DNA from: Rhodococcus sp. (in: high G+C Gram-positive bacteria)
GTDB taxonomy: Bacteria > Actinomycetota > Actinomycetes > Mycobacteriales > Mycobacteriaceae
DNA: 64,000 nt
Reading direction: 5' to 3'
NCBI RefSeq assembly: GCF_049299235.1
Contig: NZ_JBAQXC010000319.1
Location: 2,358 to 66,357, forward strand
The notes beneath the pieces were generated by a model that was given only the letters and a program-made list of their open reading frames with translations, made no database searches and was not told the DNA's origin. This document shows positions 52,153 to 61,578 of the stretch, one piece after another (the first letter of the stretch is position 1; each line of letters begins with the position of its first letter). A program made the translations under genes and the position numbers.

Positions 52153-54261
52153 ATGAGCCGCTCGATGCGACCATCCCGTTCCTACTCACCCCGGAACTGG
52201 CGGCTGTGGCACAAGGTGACGGTGGTGCTCTGCCTTCCGGTGCTCGCGGCGAGCCTGTTCGGCGCATCCCGGATCAATCGACTGCTGGAGGAATCCGGCC
52301 ACTACTCGGCGCAGGCCGATCAGGTCGCCGTCCTGCCCGCACTGACGGAGTACGGAACCGCGGTCGCGGGTGCCGCCGCCGCGACGATCCTGTCCCTGCC
52401 CACCGAGAACGCCGCCCAGATCGCCGACGCCGCCGACGATTCGCTCATCGAATTGCTCCGCGACGGCGAGCTCGATCCCGAGATCGCAGCGACCCTGGCC
52501 CGGGTCCTCGAGGACGGCAAACAGCTGCTCGCCAGTGCCTCGTCACGGCAACTACCCCCGCTTGCCGCCAACGAACGTGCCCGCGAGTTCATCTCCCGGA
52601 TGACGCACGCCTATCGGACGATCATCAATTCGTCCGCCAACCCGACGGTGCTGGCCGAGGGCAACATCCTGCTGGACAGCTGGTCGATTCAATGGGTGCT
52701 GCTCGATCAGCTCGTGGCGTTCTCGGCGCTGCGCGAGCAACCCGCATCGGCACTGCTCATGTGGAACACCGCGATGGGCACCGAGGTGGCGGAGCTGCGT
52801 GTGCTCGCCGACACGGTTCCCGACCGGGCACCGGTGGATGCCCTGATCGCCGAGGTCGAGAACCGGCGCGCGTTGACCGCGAATCTCGACAGCACGACCG
52901 CCGACGTCGACACGCTGCGCAGTTCCATGTTCACCGCACTGATGTCGTACAACCAGTTCGTCGACGCCTCGGCCGAGAAGATCGTCGTCACCCTCGACGA
53001 CCTCGCCGCCCGGACCCGCGCCGAATCGTGGCGGGACGGTATCGCCGTCGCCACTGTTCTCAGCCTCGCGATCGTTCTGGCCGTCGCCATGTCGATCTCC
53101 CTCGTTCGTCCGCTGCGCCGCCTGCGCGATGACACCCTGCGCGCCGCCGAGCACGATCTGCCCGGTGCACTCACCGAGATCCGCGACGGAGCCGACATCG
53201 ATGCCGTGACATTGCCGCCTGTAGGGGTGCACACGCGGGAAGAGGTCGGTCAAGTGGCCCGTGCCGTCGACACCATGAAGTTCGAAGCCCTGCGTCTCGC
53301 CGGCGAGCAATCGAGGCTGCGGCGGCAGGTCAACGAGATGCTCGAAACCCTGGCCCGCCGAAACAAGACGCTCGTCGAACAGCAGCTTTCTCTGATCGAC
53401 TCCCTCGAGTTGGACGAGAAGGATCCCGCCCGGTTGCAGAGCCTGTTCGCACTCGACCATCTGGCCGCGCGCATGCGTCGCACCGGCGATTCCCTGCTCG
53501 TGCTCGCCGGAACCCGCCAGCGTCTCGGACGACTGCCCGACACCCCGCTGAGCGATGTGCTGCGCGGAGCCACCTCGCAGGTGGAGAACTACGAGCGGGT
53601 GCACATCGGATCGGTGCCGCCCGGCAATCTCGTGGGCAGCGCTGTCGTGGACGTCGTCCATCTCGTCGCCGAACTGCTCGACAACGCACTGCGCGCGTCG
53701 CCCCCCAACTCCGCGGTCAAGTTCGGGTTTTCCGGCGCGGTGGACGGGGGGATGCTCCTCGAAATCGCCGATCAGGGCATCGGGATCCCCGCCGAAGATC
53801 TCGCGGACATCAACGTCAGACTGGCCTCCGGAAACGACAGCCCCACCGACGCGACCCGGCACATGGGCTTGTTTGTGGTGGGCCGACTCGCCGCACGACA
53901 CGGAATCACGGTCCGCCTGCGCCCGACTTTCACTTCGGGAACGAACGGCGGGATCACCGCCAGTGTGTACATTCCGACGAAGCTTCTCACCGGGGCAGGC
54001 CGTGTCGTCGATCCGTATCATGTCGAGCCGCGGAGACTGACCAGCGGAGAATACGAATCCGTCCCGTATGCGGGTGCAGTCGAGCCGTATCACGGGGTTG
54101 CCTCCGACGTCGACGCACCGGGGCTGCGTGCATCCCAGCCGTCCATGACCTCCCAGGAGCGGCAGTCGGTCGATGCCGCGCCGGGCGCACATCATCGCGG
54201 TCCGTCCGAACCGTGGCCGACGTACGACCTCGATGCCCAGCGGCGGGGGCCACGCGATTGA
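52153..54261 (+). CDS. CvnA-like membrane sensor histidine kinase (nitrate/nitrite-sensing-type extracytoplasmic domain, HAMP, HATPase)
   Basis: ATG 52153. N-terminal TM, a long helical sensor domain, a second TM plus HAMP, the H-box-like region LFALDHLAARMRRTGDSLLVLAG, and an ATPase domain (ELLDNALRAS.., IADQGIGIP, GLFVVGRLAARHG). Confidence 0.8.
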   Translation: MSRSMRPSRSYSPRNWRLWHKVTVVLCLPVLAASLFGASRINRLLEESGHYSAQADQVAVLPALTEYGTAVAGAAAATILSLPTENAAQIADAADDSLIELLRDGELDPEIAATLARVLEDGKQLLASASSRQLPPLAANERAREFISRMTHAYRTIINSSANPTVLAEGNILLDSWSIQWVLLDQLVAFSALREQPASALLMWNTAMGTEVAELRVLADTVPDRAPVDALIAEVENRRALTANLDSTTADVDTLRSSMFTALMSYNQFVDASAEKIVVTLDDLAARTRAESWRDGIAVATVLSLAIVLAVAMSISLVRPLRRLRDDTLRAAEHDLPGALTEIRDGADIDAVTLPPVGVHTREEVGQVARAVDTMKFEALRLAGEQSRLRRQVNEMLETLARRNKTLVEQQLSLIDSLELDEKDPARLQSLFALDHLAARMRRTGDSLLVLAGTRQRLGRLPDTPLSDVLRGATSQVENYERVHIGSVPPGNLVGSAVVDVVHLVAELLDNALRASPPNSAVKFGFSGAVDGGMLLEIADQGIGIPAEDLADINVRLASGNDSPTDATRHMGLFVVGRLAARHGITVRLRPTFTSGTNGGITASVYIPTKLLTGAGRVVDPYHVEPRRLTSGEYESVPYAGAVEPYHGVASDVDAPGLRASQPSMTSQERQSVDAAPGAHHRGPSEPWPTYDLDAQRRGPRD

Positions 54262-54510
54262 CTGCGAGATGTTCGTCACGGGTACTACCAGTCGGCGTCG
54301 GCACCCACGGTGTCGGGCGATGATCGAAAGACCCCACGGAACAGGGACTTCGGACCCGAACCGATAGTCCCCGAAAACGGCGCTGCCGGCCGTTCGTCCA
54401 CGATCGTGTTGTTCGCCGTCCCCGGCGGCGCGTCCTAGAGTCGCTGTCCGGGACGGCGCTCCCTCGGCACATGCGCCGGGAGGGGACACATCACGGAGGT
54501 AGCGGGCACA

Positions 54511-55668
54511 GTGGATTCGAGACAGAGCGTGTTGGTCCGGTCCAACTTCGATTCGCTGACCGACAGTCCGGAACGGACACACGAGCTGTCGAAGGCCTTC
54601 TATTCCATACTTTTTGCGCGCCATCCGGAGACTCGCGAGTTCTTTCCCGCGACGATGGGCGGACAGCGCGATCGGATCGTGCACGGACTCGGACATATCG
54701 TCGGCGGGCTGGACCGGCCGGAGACGGTGCTTCCGCTGGTCCGCCAACTCGGCCGCGAACACCGCAAGCACGGTTTCGACCCGTCCCGATTCGCCTGCCT
54801 CACCGAGGCGATGGCGCTGGCCGTCGAATTGGCGAACGGCGACGACTGGACCCGGGAACTCGCCGAGTCATGGGACACGACACTCGATCTGATCACCACC
54901 ACGATGGCCGATGCCGCCGATGTCGACGAAGGCCCCGCCGCGTGGGTCGGCACCGTGATCGAACATCGCCTGATCACCGACGACATCGCCGTGATCCGAT
55001 TGCAACTCGACCGGCCGATGCACTATCTCCCGGGCCAGTACGTCAGCGTCCAGGTGCCGGGGCGGCTACGCATGTGGCGGTATCTGTCTCCGGCGACCCC
55101 TGCGAACGGCTCGGGGATCGTCGAGTTCCACGTCCGGCGTGTGTCCAGTGGCTGGGTCAGCCCATCGATCGTCCGCCACACGCAGATCGGTGAGACCTGG
55201 GTGCTCGGTTCGCCGCTCGGCGTGCTCGGCGCCCACGACGAGGGTGACCGTGCGGGCCGACCGCGCTTGATGATCGCGTCCGGGACCGGGATCGCACCCA
55301 TGCGGGCGCAATTGATGTCGATGGCACGACGACCCGACAACACGCCCGTGCACGTGTTCTACTCCGGCCGCTTCTCGTACGATCTCTACGACCTGGCGAC
55401 ACTCGACGCGCTGTCCCGGACCGAGCCGTGGCTCACGGTGGTCCCGGTTGTCGAGAACGCGGAGGACCCCCACTGGCATGTCGGTGCGGCCACTCCACGA
55501 ATGTCGGTGCGCGAAGGCGTCGTCGGCAAGGTCGTGGTGGATCACGGCACGTGGATCGAACACGATGTGCAAATCTGCGGGTCGCCGTCGATGGTGCGTG
55601 CCACCGTGTTCCGGTTGCGGGCGGCGGGCGTGCCGGTCGAGCACATTCACCACGATCCGCAGCCCTGA
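54511..55668 (+). CDS. globin domain fused to ferredoxin-reductase-type FAD/NAD oxidoreductase (flavohaemoprotein-like)
   Basis: GTG start. The globin part has ..FYSILFARHPETREFF.. and LGREHRKHG. The reductase part has RYLSPA (an RxYS-type FAD motif) and ASGTGIAPM. Confidence 0.8.
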   Translation: MDSRQSVLVRSNFDSLTDSPERTHELSKAFYSILFARHPETREFFPATMGGQRDRIVHGLGHIVGGLDRPETVLPLVRQLGREHRKHGFDPSRFACLTEAMALAVELANGDDWTRELAESWDTTLDLITTTMADAADVDEGPAAWVGTVIEHRLITDDIAVIRLQLDRPMHYLPGQYVSVQVPGRLRMWRYLSPATPANGSGIVEFHVRRVSSGWVSPSIVRHTQIGETWVLGSPLGVLGAHDEGDRAGRPRLMIASGTGIAPMRAQLMSMARRPDNTPVHVFYSGRFSYDLYDLATLDALSRTEPWLTVVPVVENAEDPHWHVGAATPRMSVREGVVGKVVVDHGTWIEHDVQICGSPSMVRATVFRLRAAGVPVEHIHHDPQP

Positions 55669-55718
55669 TGCCGTGACCGGCACCGTCACCCAGCCACCCG
55701 GCAACGGTGGGGCGGGCG

Positions 55719-56177
55719 TCAGTGCACCGCAACGGGTCGAGATGCGGAGTTGCCGGTGGCCCACGCAGGCAGCGTCCGGCCGAGCAGTGCATCGACACTG
55801 AACTTCCCTGCGCCGACGACGGCGAGCAGCAGTGTTCCCGAGGCGAGTGCGAGAACGAATTCGTATCCACCGTCGGACACCCACAAGCCGTTGTCGATGT
55901 GTGCGATGAACAGTGCACCGAGCATGTCGAGGAAGAGCAGACCGCCGACGATCGGCGTGAGGGCACCCGCGATCAGTGCGATTCCGCCGAGAATTTCGAG
56001 CCACGTCGCGAGGAAGGCCGATACCGCGGGCAGCGGTGCCCCCATGCCTTCGAATCCCGCTTTTGTGCCCGAGTAGCCCCACGAGGTGGCCTTCTGCAGG
56101 CCGTGCGCGAGGAAGATGACGCCGAGTCCGATCCGGGCGAGAAGGATTCCGGTGTTGCGGACAGCAGGATTGTTCAT
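55719..56177 (-). CDS. DoxX family membrane protein
   Basis: 152 aa. ..LLARIGLGVIFLAHGLQK.., four TM helices. Confidence 0.85.
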   Translation of the reverse strand: MNNPAVRNTGILLARIGLGVIFLAHGLQKATSWGYSGTKAGFEGMGAPLPAVSAFLATWLEILGGIALIAGALTPIVGGLLFLDMLGALFIAHIDNGLWVSDGGYEFVLALASGTLLLAVVGAGKFSVDALLGRTLPAWATGNSASRPVAVH

Positions 56178-56212
56178 GGCAAGCCCTTCGGGCAGGCGGC
56201 GCGGAACACCGC

Positions 56213-56263
56213 TTTAGTTGACAGTTCAACTAAACGGTACGTATCTCCAGTTGACGTGTCAAC
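56213..56263. promoter_or_regulatory. two palindromes sharing a GTTGA half-site between doxX and mhpD
   Basis: TTTAGTTGA-cagt-TCAACTAAA (56213-56234) and GTTGAC-gt-GTCAAC (56250-56263). Confidence 0.45.
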
Positions 56264-56339
56264 CATCATTCGGGCCATCATTCCACTCACCGGTACGCGG
56301 CACTGTTCCCCGGGCGCGATACCCATCAGGCTGAGAGAC

Positions 56340-57152
56340 ATGTCGCAGAGAATCGATACCGACACCGCCGCGATCGGCGAGGCCGCGGAGCGGCTCCTGA
56401 CCGCCGCGACCAGCGGGGTGCCCTGCGCACCCATCCGTGACCTCATCGGCGCGACCGACATCGCGGTCGCCTACGAAGTGCAGAAGCACCTCACCGAGGC
56501 GAAGCTTGCCGCCGGCGCCACGATCGTCGGCCGCAAGATCGGCCTGACCTCCCCCGCCGTCCAGGCGCAGCTCGGCGTCGACCGCCCGGACTTCGGCGTG
56601 CTGTTCGACGACATGGTCTACGACGAGAACACCGTCATCCCGATCTCGCGGCTGCTGCAGCCGAAGGCCGAAGCCGAAGTCGCCTTCGTCCTCTCCGCGG
56701 ATCTCGCCGACGGTCCACTCGACATCGAGCAGGTCCGCGGCGCAGTCGCGTACGCGGTAGCCGCCCTCGAAATCGTCGACAGCCGCGTCGCGGACTGGGA
56801 CATCAAATTCGCCGACACCGTCGCCGACAACGCATCCAGCGGCGTGTACGTCCTCGGTGCCCGACAGGTGGGCCTCGACGAGTTCGAGCCCATCGCCGCC
56901 GAGATGACCATGTCGATCAACGGCGACACCGTGTCCACCGGCAACGGCGCGGCGTGCCTCGGCGACCCCCTCAACGCCCTGTCCTGGCTCGCGCGCACCG
57001 CACGCGAGTTCGGCGAACCCCTGCGCGCCGGACAGGTCGTCCTCTCCGGTGCGCTCGGCCCCATGGCGACGCTTGCCGCAGGCGACGTCGTCCGCGCCGA
57101 CATCACCGGCCTCGGCTCGGTAACCGCGACGTTCTCGAAGGAGGAACAGTGA
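56340..57152 (+). CDS. mhpD: 2-keto-4-pentenoate hydratase
   Basis: ATG 56340, 270 aa. ..[28 protein letters not shown].., [18 protein letters not shown]. Confidence 0.9.
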   Translation: MSQRIDTDTAAIGEAAERLLTAATSGVPCAPIRDLIGATDIAVAYEVQKHLTEAKLAAGATIVGRKIGLTSPAVQAQLGVDRPDFGVLFDDMVYDENTVIPISRLLQPKAEAEVAFVLSADLADGPLDIEQVRGAVAYAVAALEIVDSRVADWDIKFADTVADNASSGVYVLGARQVGLDEFEPIAAEMTMSINGDTVSTGNGAACLGDPLNALSWLARTAREFGEPLRAGQVVLSGALGPMATLAAGDVVRADITGLGSVTATFSKEEQ

Positions 57153-58123
57153 CCGACACCAACCCGGCACCCGCCGGATCCAAGACCAAAGTCGCCATCA
57201 TCGGATCGGGCAACATCGGCACCGACCTGATGATCAAGGTGATCCGCCTGAGCGACACCCTCGAAATGGGTGCGATGGTCGGCATCGACCCCGAATCGGA
57301 CGGCCTCGCCCGTGCGAAGCGCCTCGGAGTCCCCACCACTCACGAGGGCGTCGACGGCCTCATCGCGATGGACAACTTCGACGAGATCGGCATCGTCTTC
57401 GACGCCACGAGCGCCAAAGCCCACGTCGCCAACGCCGAGAAGCTCGCCCCACTGGGCAAGCTCCTCGTCGACCTCACCCCCGCGGCCATCGGCCCGTTCG
57501 TGGTGCCCGCGGTGAACCTCGACGAGCACCTGTCGGCACACAACGTCAACATGGTCACCTGCGGCGGTCAGGCCACCATCCCGATCGTGTCCGCCGTCTC
57601 GACCGTCACCCCGGTCCCCTACGCCGAGATCGTCGCGTCGATCTCGTCGAAGTCGGCCGGCCCCGGAACCCGCGCGAACATCGACGAGTTCACCGAGACC
57701 ACGTCCCACGCGATCGAGAAGGTCGGCGGCGCCGGACGCGGCAAGGCCATCATCATCCTGAACCCGGCCGAGCCACCGCTGATCATGCGCGACACCGTGT
57801 TCTGCCTCATCGGCGATCCGTCCGAGGAGACGCACGAGCGCATCCGCACCTCCGTCAAGGACATGGTCGCCAAGGTCGCGACCTATGTTCCCGGCTACCG
57901 GCTCAAGCAGCAGGTGCAGATCACCCCGGTCCCCGAGGACCGGCCGGTACACACCCTCGCCGGTGACGCCCCTGTGACACATCAGGTTTCGGTTTTCCTC
58001 GAGGTCGAGGGCGCTGCCCACTACCTGCCCGCGTACGCAGGCAATCTCGACATCATGACCTCGGCGGCGTTGCGCGCGGCCGAGCGCATGGCCATCCGCC
58101 CGACCTCCGAGGTGTCCGCATGA
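57149..58123 (+). CDS. mhpF: acetaldehyde dehydrogenase (acetylating)
   Basis: GTG 57149 overlaps the mhpD stop. [29 protein letters not shown] (catalytic Cys), [13 protein letters not shown]. Confidence 0.9.
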   Translation: MTDTNPAPAGSKTKVAIIGSGNIGTDLMIKVIRLSDTLEMGAMVGIDPESDGLARAKRLGVPTTHEGVDGLIAMDNFDEIGIVFDATSAKAHVANAEKLAPLGKLLVDLTPAAIGPFVVPAVNLDEHLSAHNVNMVTCGGQATIPIVSAVSTVTPVPYAEIVASISSKSAGPGTRANIDEFTETTSHAIEKVGGAGRGKAIIILNPAEPPLIMRDTVFCLIGDPSEETHERIRTSVKDMVAKVATYVPGYRLKQQVQITPVPEDRPVHTLAGDAPVTHQVSVFLEVEGAAHYLPAYAGNLDIMTSAALRAAERMAIRPTSEVSA

Positions 58124-59130
58124 CCAAGCTCTTCATCCAGGACGTCACGCTCCGCGACGGCATGCACGCCATCCGGCACCGCATCTCCCCCGAGGACGTC
58201 GGACGGATCGTCTCCGCTCTCGACGCGGCCGGTGTCGACGCCATCGAGGTCGCCCACGGTGACGGTCTCGCAGGCGGATCGGTGAACTACGGTCCGGGCA
58301 GCAACACCGACTGGGAGTGGATCGAAGCCGCCGCGGAGCACATCAAGAATGCGCGGCTGACGACCCTGCTGCTGCCGGGTGTCGGCACGATCGCCGAACT
58401 GCGCCGCGCCTACGACCTCGGCGTCCGGTCGGTTCGCGTGGCGACGCACTGCACCGAGGCCGACGTGTCCGCGCAGCACATCGCGACCGCGCGTGAACTC
58501 GGCATGGACGTTTCCGGCTTCCTCATGATGAGCCATCTCGCCGAGGCACCGCAGCTCGCCCAGCAGGCCAAGCTCATGGAATCGTATGGTGCACACTGTG
58601 TGTACGTCACCGACTCGGGTGGACGCCTCACCATGAACGGTGTCCGCGACCGGGTCCGGGCCTACCGTGACGTGCTCGACGAGGGCACCGAAATCGGCAT
58701 CCACGCACACGAGAATCTTTCTCTGTCGGTTGCGAATTCGGTGGTCGCCGTGGAGGAGGGCGTGTACCGCGTGGACGCATCCCTCGCCGGACACGGTGCG
58801 GGCGCGGGCAACTGCCCGATCGAACCGTTCATCGCCGTCGCGAACATCAACGGCTGGGAGCACCGCGCCGACCTGTTCGCACTGCAGGACGCCGCCGACG
58901 ACATCGTCCGCCCGCTGCAGGACCGGCCGGTGCGGGTCGACCGCGAAACCCTCACCCTGGGCTACGCCGGCGTGTACTCGAGCTTCCTGCGTCACGCCGA
59001 GGCCGCCTCCGAGCGGTACGGCATCGACGTCCGCACCATCCTGCTCGAGGTCGGCCGCCGCCAACTCGTCGGCGGCCAGGAAGACATGATCGTCGATATT
59101 GCACTCGATCTGGTCGGTGCCGCAAGCTGA
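58120..59130 (+). CDS. mhpE: 4-hydroxy-2-oxovalerate aldolase
   Basis: ATG overlaps the mhpF stop (ATGA). [33 protein letters not shown]. Confidence 0.9.
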   Translation: MTKLFIQDVTLRDGMHAIRHRISPEDVGRIVSALDAAGVDAIEVAHGDGLAGGSVNYGPGSNTDWEWIEAAAEHIKNARLTTLLLPGVGTIAELRRAYDLGVRSVRVATHCTEADVSAQHIATARELGMDVSGFLMMSHLAEAPQLAQQAKLMESYGAHCVYVTDSGGRLTMNGVRDRVRAYRDVLDEGTEIGIHAHENLSLSVANSVVAVEEGVYRVDASLAGHGAGAGNCPIEPFIAVANINGWEHRADLFALQDAADDIVRPLQDRPVRVDRETLTLGYAGVYSSFLRHAEAASERYGIDVRTILLEVGRRQLVGGQEDMIVDIALDLVGAAS

Positions 59131-59142
59131 TTCGCAACGGAG

Positions 59143-59172
59143 GGGCCGCCCACCTGATCCGGTGGGCGGCCC
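59143..59172 (+). terminator. intrinsic-terminator-like hairpin after mhpE
   Basis: GGGCCGCCCACC-tgatcc-GGTGGGCGGCCC, a perfect 12-bp stem 13 nt after the stop. Confidence 0.6.
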
Positions 59173-59217
59173 ACCCAGCGTGACGACGGATCACCCGTCG
59201 GCACCGGAAGGTGACCT

Positions 59218-60813
59218 GTGAGCATGGGCGGTGAACGGGCCGATGCAGTCGTCATCGGGGCCGGACCCAACGGATTGACGGCTGCGGCCCTGCTGGCGGA
59301 CGCGGGATGGGGCGTACTCGTCCTCGAAGCCCAACCCGAACCCGGCGGTGCGGTCCGCACCGCGGAACTGCACCCCGGTTACCGTACCGATCTGTTCAGC
59401 GCCTTCTACCCGCTGGCTGCCGTATCCCCGGTGTTCGCCGAGCTGGATCTGCCCGCCCACGGGCTCACGTGGTCGCGATCCACGGCGGCCTTCGGACATC
59501 CCCGGGGTCCCGACGACGAAGACGCGGTGACCCTGCGGCCGACGGCGCAGGAGACTGCGCACGACCTCGAGCGTCGATGCGCCGGCGACGGGGACGCGTG
59601 GCTGCGCCTACACGAGCAGTGGTCCACGATCCGGGCACCCTTCCTGCGGATGATGCTCGGCCCGTTTCCCCCGATTCGCGACCCGTTCACCGCGCTGCGC
59701 CGCCTCGGCACCGGCGAGGCACTCCGGTTCGCCCGGATGCTGACGTTGCCTGCGCGGCGGATGGCACACGAATTGTTCGGCGGCGAGAGCGCCGGGCTCC
59801 TGCTGCAGGGCAATGCCGCACACGCCGATATTCCGGTCGACGCCGCGGGCAGCGGCCTGATGGGCTATCTGCTGACGATGGTCGCCCAGGACGTCGGCTT
59901 CCCCGTTCCCCGCGGCGGGGCAGGAGAGTTGACCGCCGCACTCGTACGACGCGCGACGAGCGCGGGAGCCGAATTACGTTGCCACCGCGAGGTACAGAGC
60001 ATCGAACCCGACGGTCCGGCGACGGCCGTGCGCACCGCGGACGGTGACCTCATCACGGCCCGGCGAGCGGTACTTGCCGACGTGTCCGCGACCTCGTTGT
60101 ACGGGCAGTTGCTTCCTCAGGACTCCCTACCACAGCGCGTCCGGCGCGACCTGCAGCGGTTCGACTGGGATACCTCGGTGGTGAAAGTAAATTATGCTAT
60201 GTCCCAGCGTATTCCGTGGCGTTCCCCGAGCCTTCGGGAGGCGGGGACCGTCCATCTCGGCGCCGACGCAGACGGACTCGTCCACTGGGGTGCGGACCTC
60301 GGGACGGGGCGAACACCACGCTCACCATTCGTGGTCGTCGGGCAGATGACCACGGCGGACGGGACCAGATCACCCTCGGGAACCGAGAGTGCCTGGGCCT
60401 ATACACATCTGCCGCGCGGAATATCCGATGACGAGACCGCGACCGTCCTCGCACAACGGATGGACGAGGCGCTCGAAGCCCACGCGCCCGGCGCACTGGC
60501 CAATGTTGTGCATCGGCAGGTGCAGTTGCCGGGAGATCTCGAACATGCGGACGCCAACCTGGTCGGTGGAGCGGTGGGCGGCGGTACCACCCAAATGCAC
60601 CAGCAACTGGTGTTCCGGCCGATTCCCGGCCTCGGAGGACCGCGCACCCCGGTCGACGGCGTCTATCTCGCCGGGGCGGCGGCGCACCCCGGCGGCGGTG
60701 TGCACGGCATGTGTGGTGCACACGCCGCCGCTGCGGCCCTGGCCGACCACGGTGCCATCGGGCGCCTACGCGGACGGGTTCGGAACATGATCACGCACGC
60801 GATCTTCGACTGA
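59218..60813 (+). CDS. phytoene-desaturase-family (CrtI-like) NAD(P)/FAD-dependent oxidoreductase
   Basis: 531 aa. DAVVIGAGPNGLTAAALLADAGWGVLVLEAQPEPGGAVRT and C-terminal GVYLAGAAAHPGGGVHG. Confidence 0.85.
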   Translation: MSMGGERADAVVIGAGPNGLTAAALLADAGWGVLVLEAQPEPGGAVRTAELHPGYRTDLFSAFYPLAAVSPVFAELDLPAHGLTWSRSTAAFGHPRGPDDEDAVTLRPTAQETAHDLERRCAGDGDAWLRLHEQWSTIRAPFLRMMLGPFPPIRDPFTALRRLGTGEALRFARMLTLPARRMAHELFGGESAGLLLQGNAAHADIPVDAAGSGLMGYLLTMVAQDVGFPVPRGGAGELTAALVRRATSAGAELRCHREVQSIEPDGPATAVRTADGDLITARRAVLADVSATSLYGQLLPQDSLPQRVRRDLQRFDWDTSVVKVNYAMSQRIPWRSPSLREAGTVHLGADADGLVHWGADLGTGRTPRSPFVVVGQMTTADGTRSPSGTESAWAYTHLPRGISDDETATVLAQRMDEALEAHAPGALANVVHRQVQLPGDLEHADANLVGGAVGGGTTQMHQQLVFRPIPGLGGPRTPVDGVYLAGAAAHPGGGVHGMCGAHAAAAALADHGAIGRLRGRVRNMITHAIFD

Positions 60814-60892
60814 CTCGGCACTCGTGCGGCGTTGTCGGCCGCGGCGCGGCATCATGAACGGGTAGCGATATCCGTCCGAACCGGGGGAGCCT

Positions 60893-61180
60893 GTGGTGTC
60901 ACCGAAGCGTCCACCACAGTCGATGCGCAACGGTGTCGGCAGCGTTGCCCTCGTGACCGGCATCGTTGCGGTCGTGTTCGCATTCGTTCCGATCGTCGGG
61001 GATCTCGTCACGATTCCCACCGGGGTCGTGGCGGTGACGTGCGGATGGGTCGGCTTCACCCGCGCCGAACGAGGTCTGGCGTCGAACCACCGCGAAGCGA
61101 TCGCAGGTTTCGTCCTCGGCACCGCGGCGCTGTTCGTCGTCTTTCTCGTCTTCGTTGCGACACACGCCTCGAGCAGCTGA
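60893..61180 (+). CDS. small membrane protein (DUF4190-like)
   Basis: 95 aa with two long hydrophobic helices (VALVTGIVAVVFAFVPIVG.., GFVLGTAALFVVFLVFV). The start is uncertain: GTG 60893, or the internal ATG at MRNGVG. Confidence 0.55.
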   Translation: MVSPKRPPQSMRNGVGSVALVTGIVAVVFAFVPIVGDLVTIPTGVVAVTCGWVGFTRAERGLASNHREAIAGFVLGTAALFVVFLVFVATHASSS

Positions 61181-61380
61181 GCGGAACCGGGTCCGTCCAG
61201 AACGCTGCATGATCCCGGTCACCGACCGCCGCCTGCCGACGTGCGCGCAAAGAATTCGTATGGACTTCGGCCGCGGGCGTCAGGATTTCGCATGGATTCG
61301 GGCGGACCGGACAGAACGGTGCAACCGTGTGGTGCGGCGTCGTCCGACGCTGGATTTTCCTCTACAGCAAGGAAAAAGAG

Positions 61381-61476
61381 ATGGCCGACACCGCGTACGT
61401 GGTGCTGATTCTTGCCGGGTTCGGCATGTGCATGTTGACCGGACGCATGCTGCATTCCAGAGGTGAGCAGCGGTGA
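61381..61476 (+). CDS. possible 31-aa hydrophobic peptide upstream of kdpF
   Basis: AAGGA lies 9 nt before ATG 61381. The product is MADTAYVVLILAGFGMCMLTGRMLHSRGEQR, and its stop overlaps the kdpF GTG (GTGA). Confidence 0.35.
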   Translation: MADTAYVVLILAGFGMCMLTGRMLHSRGEQR

Positions 61477-61571
61477 CGTGGGCCGGGACCGCGAGCGTCG
61501 GACTCGTGGTGATCGCGGTCGCGCTGGTCGTATACCTGCTGGTGGCGCTGCTCGATCCGGAGAGGTTCTGA
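61473..61571 (+). CDS. kdpF: K+-transporting ATPase subunit F
   Basis: 32 aa, VTWAGTASVGLVVIAVALVVYLLVALLDPERF, with the characteristic ..YL..ALL.PERF ending. Lies 8 nt before kdpA. Confidence 0.75.
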   Translation: MTWAGTASVGLVVIAVALVVYLLVALLDPERF

Positions 61572-61578
61572 AGATCAG

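Noticed and set aside
52552-54771. 739-aa ORF antisense to the sensor kinase
   Set aside because: It shows no family features and has an Arg/Gly/Pro-biased composition. It overlaps a strongly supported plus-strand gene and the start of the globin fusion.
61181-61380. Possible riboswitch (for example a c-di-AMP ydaO/kimA type) in the kdp leader
   Set aside because: I could not find the conserved core elements of that or any other riboswitch class by eye. A covariance-model scan (Rfam/Infernal) would be decisive.
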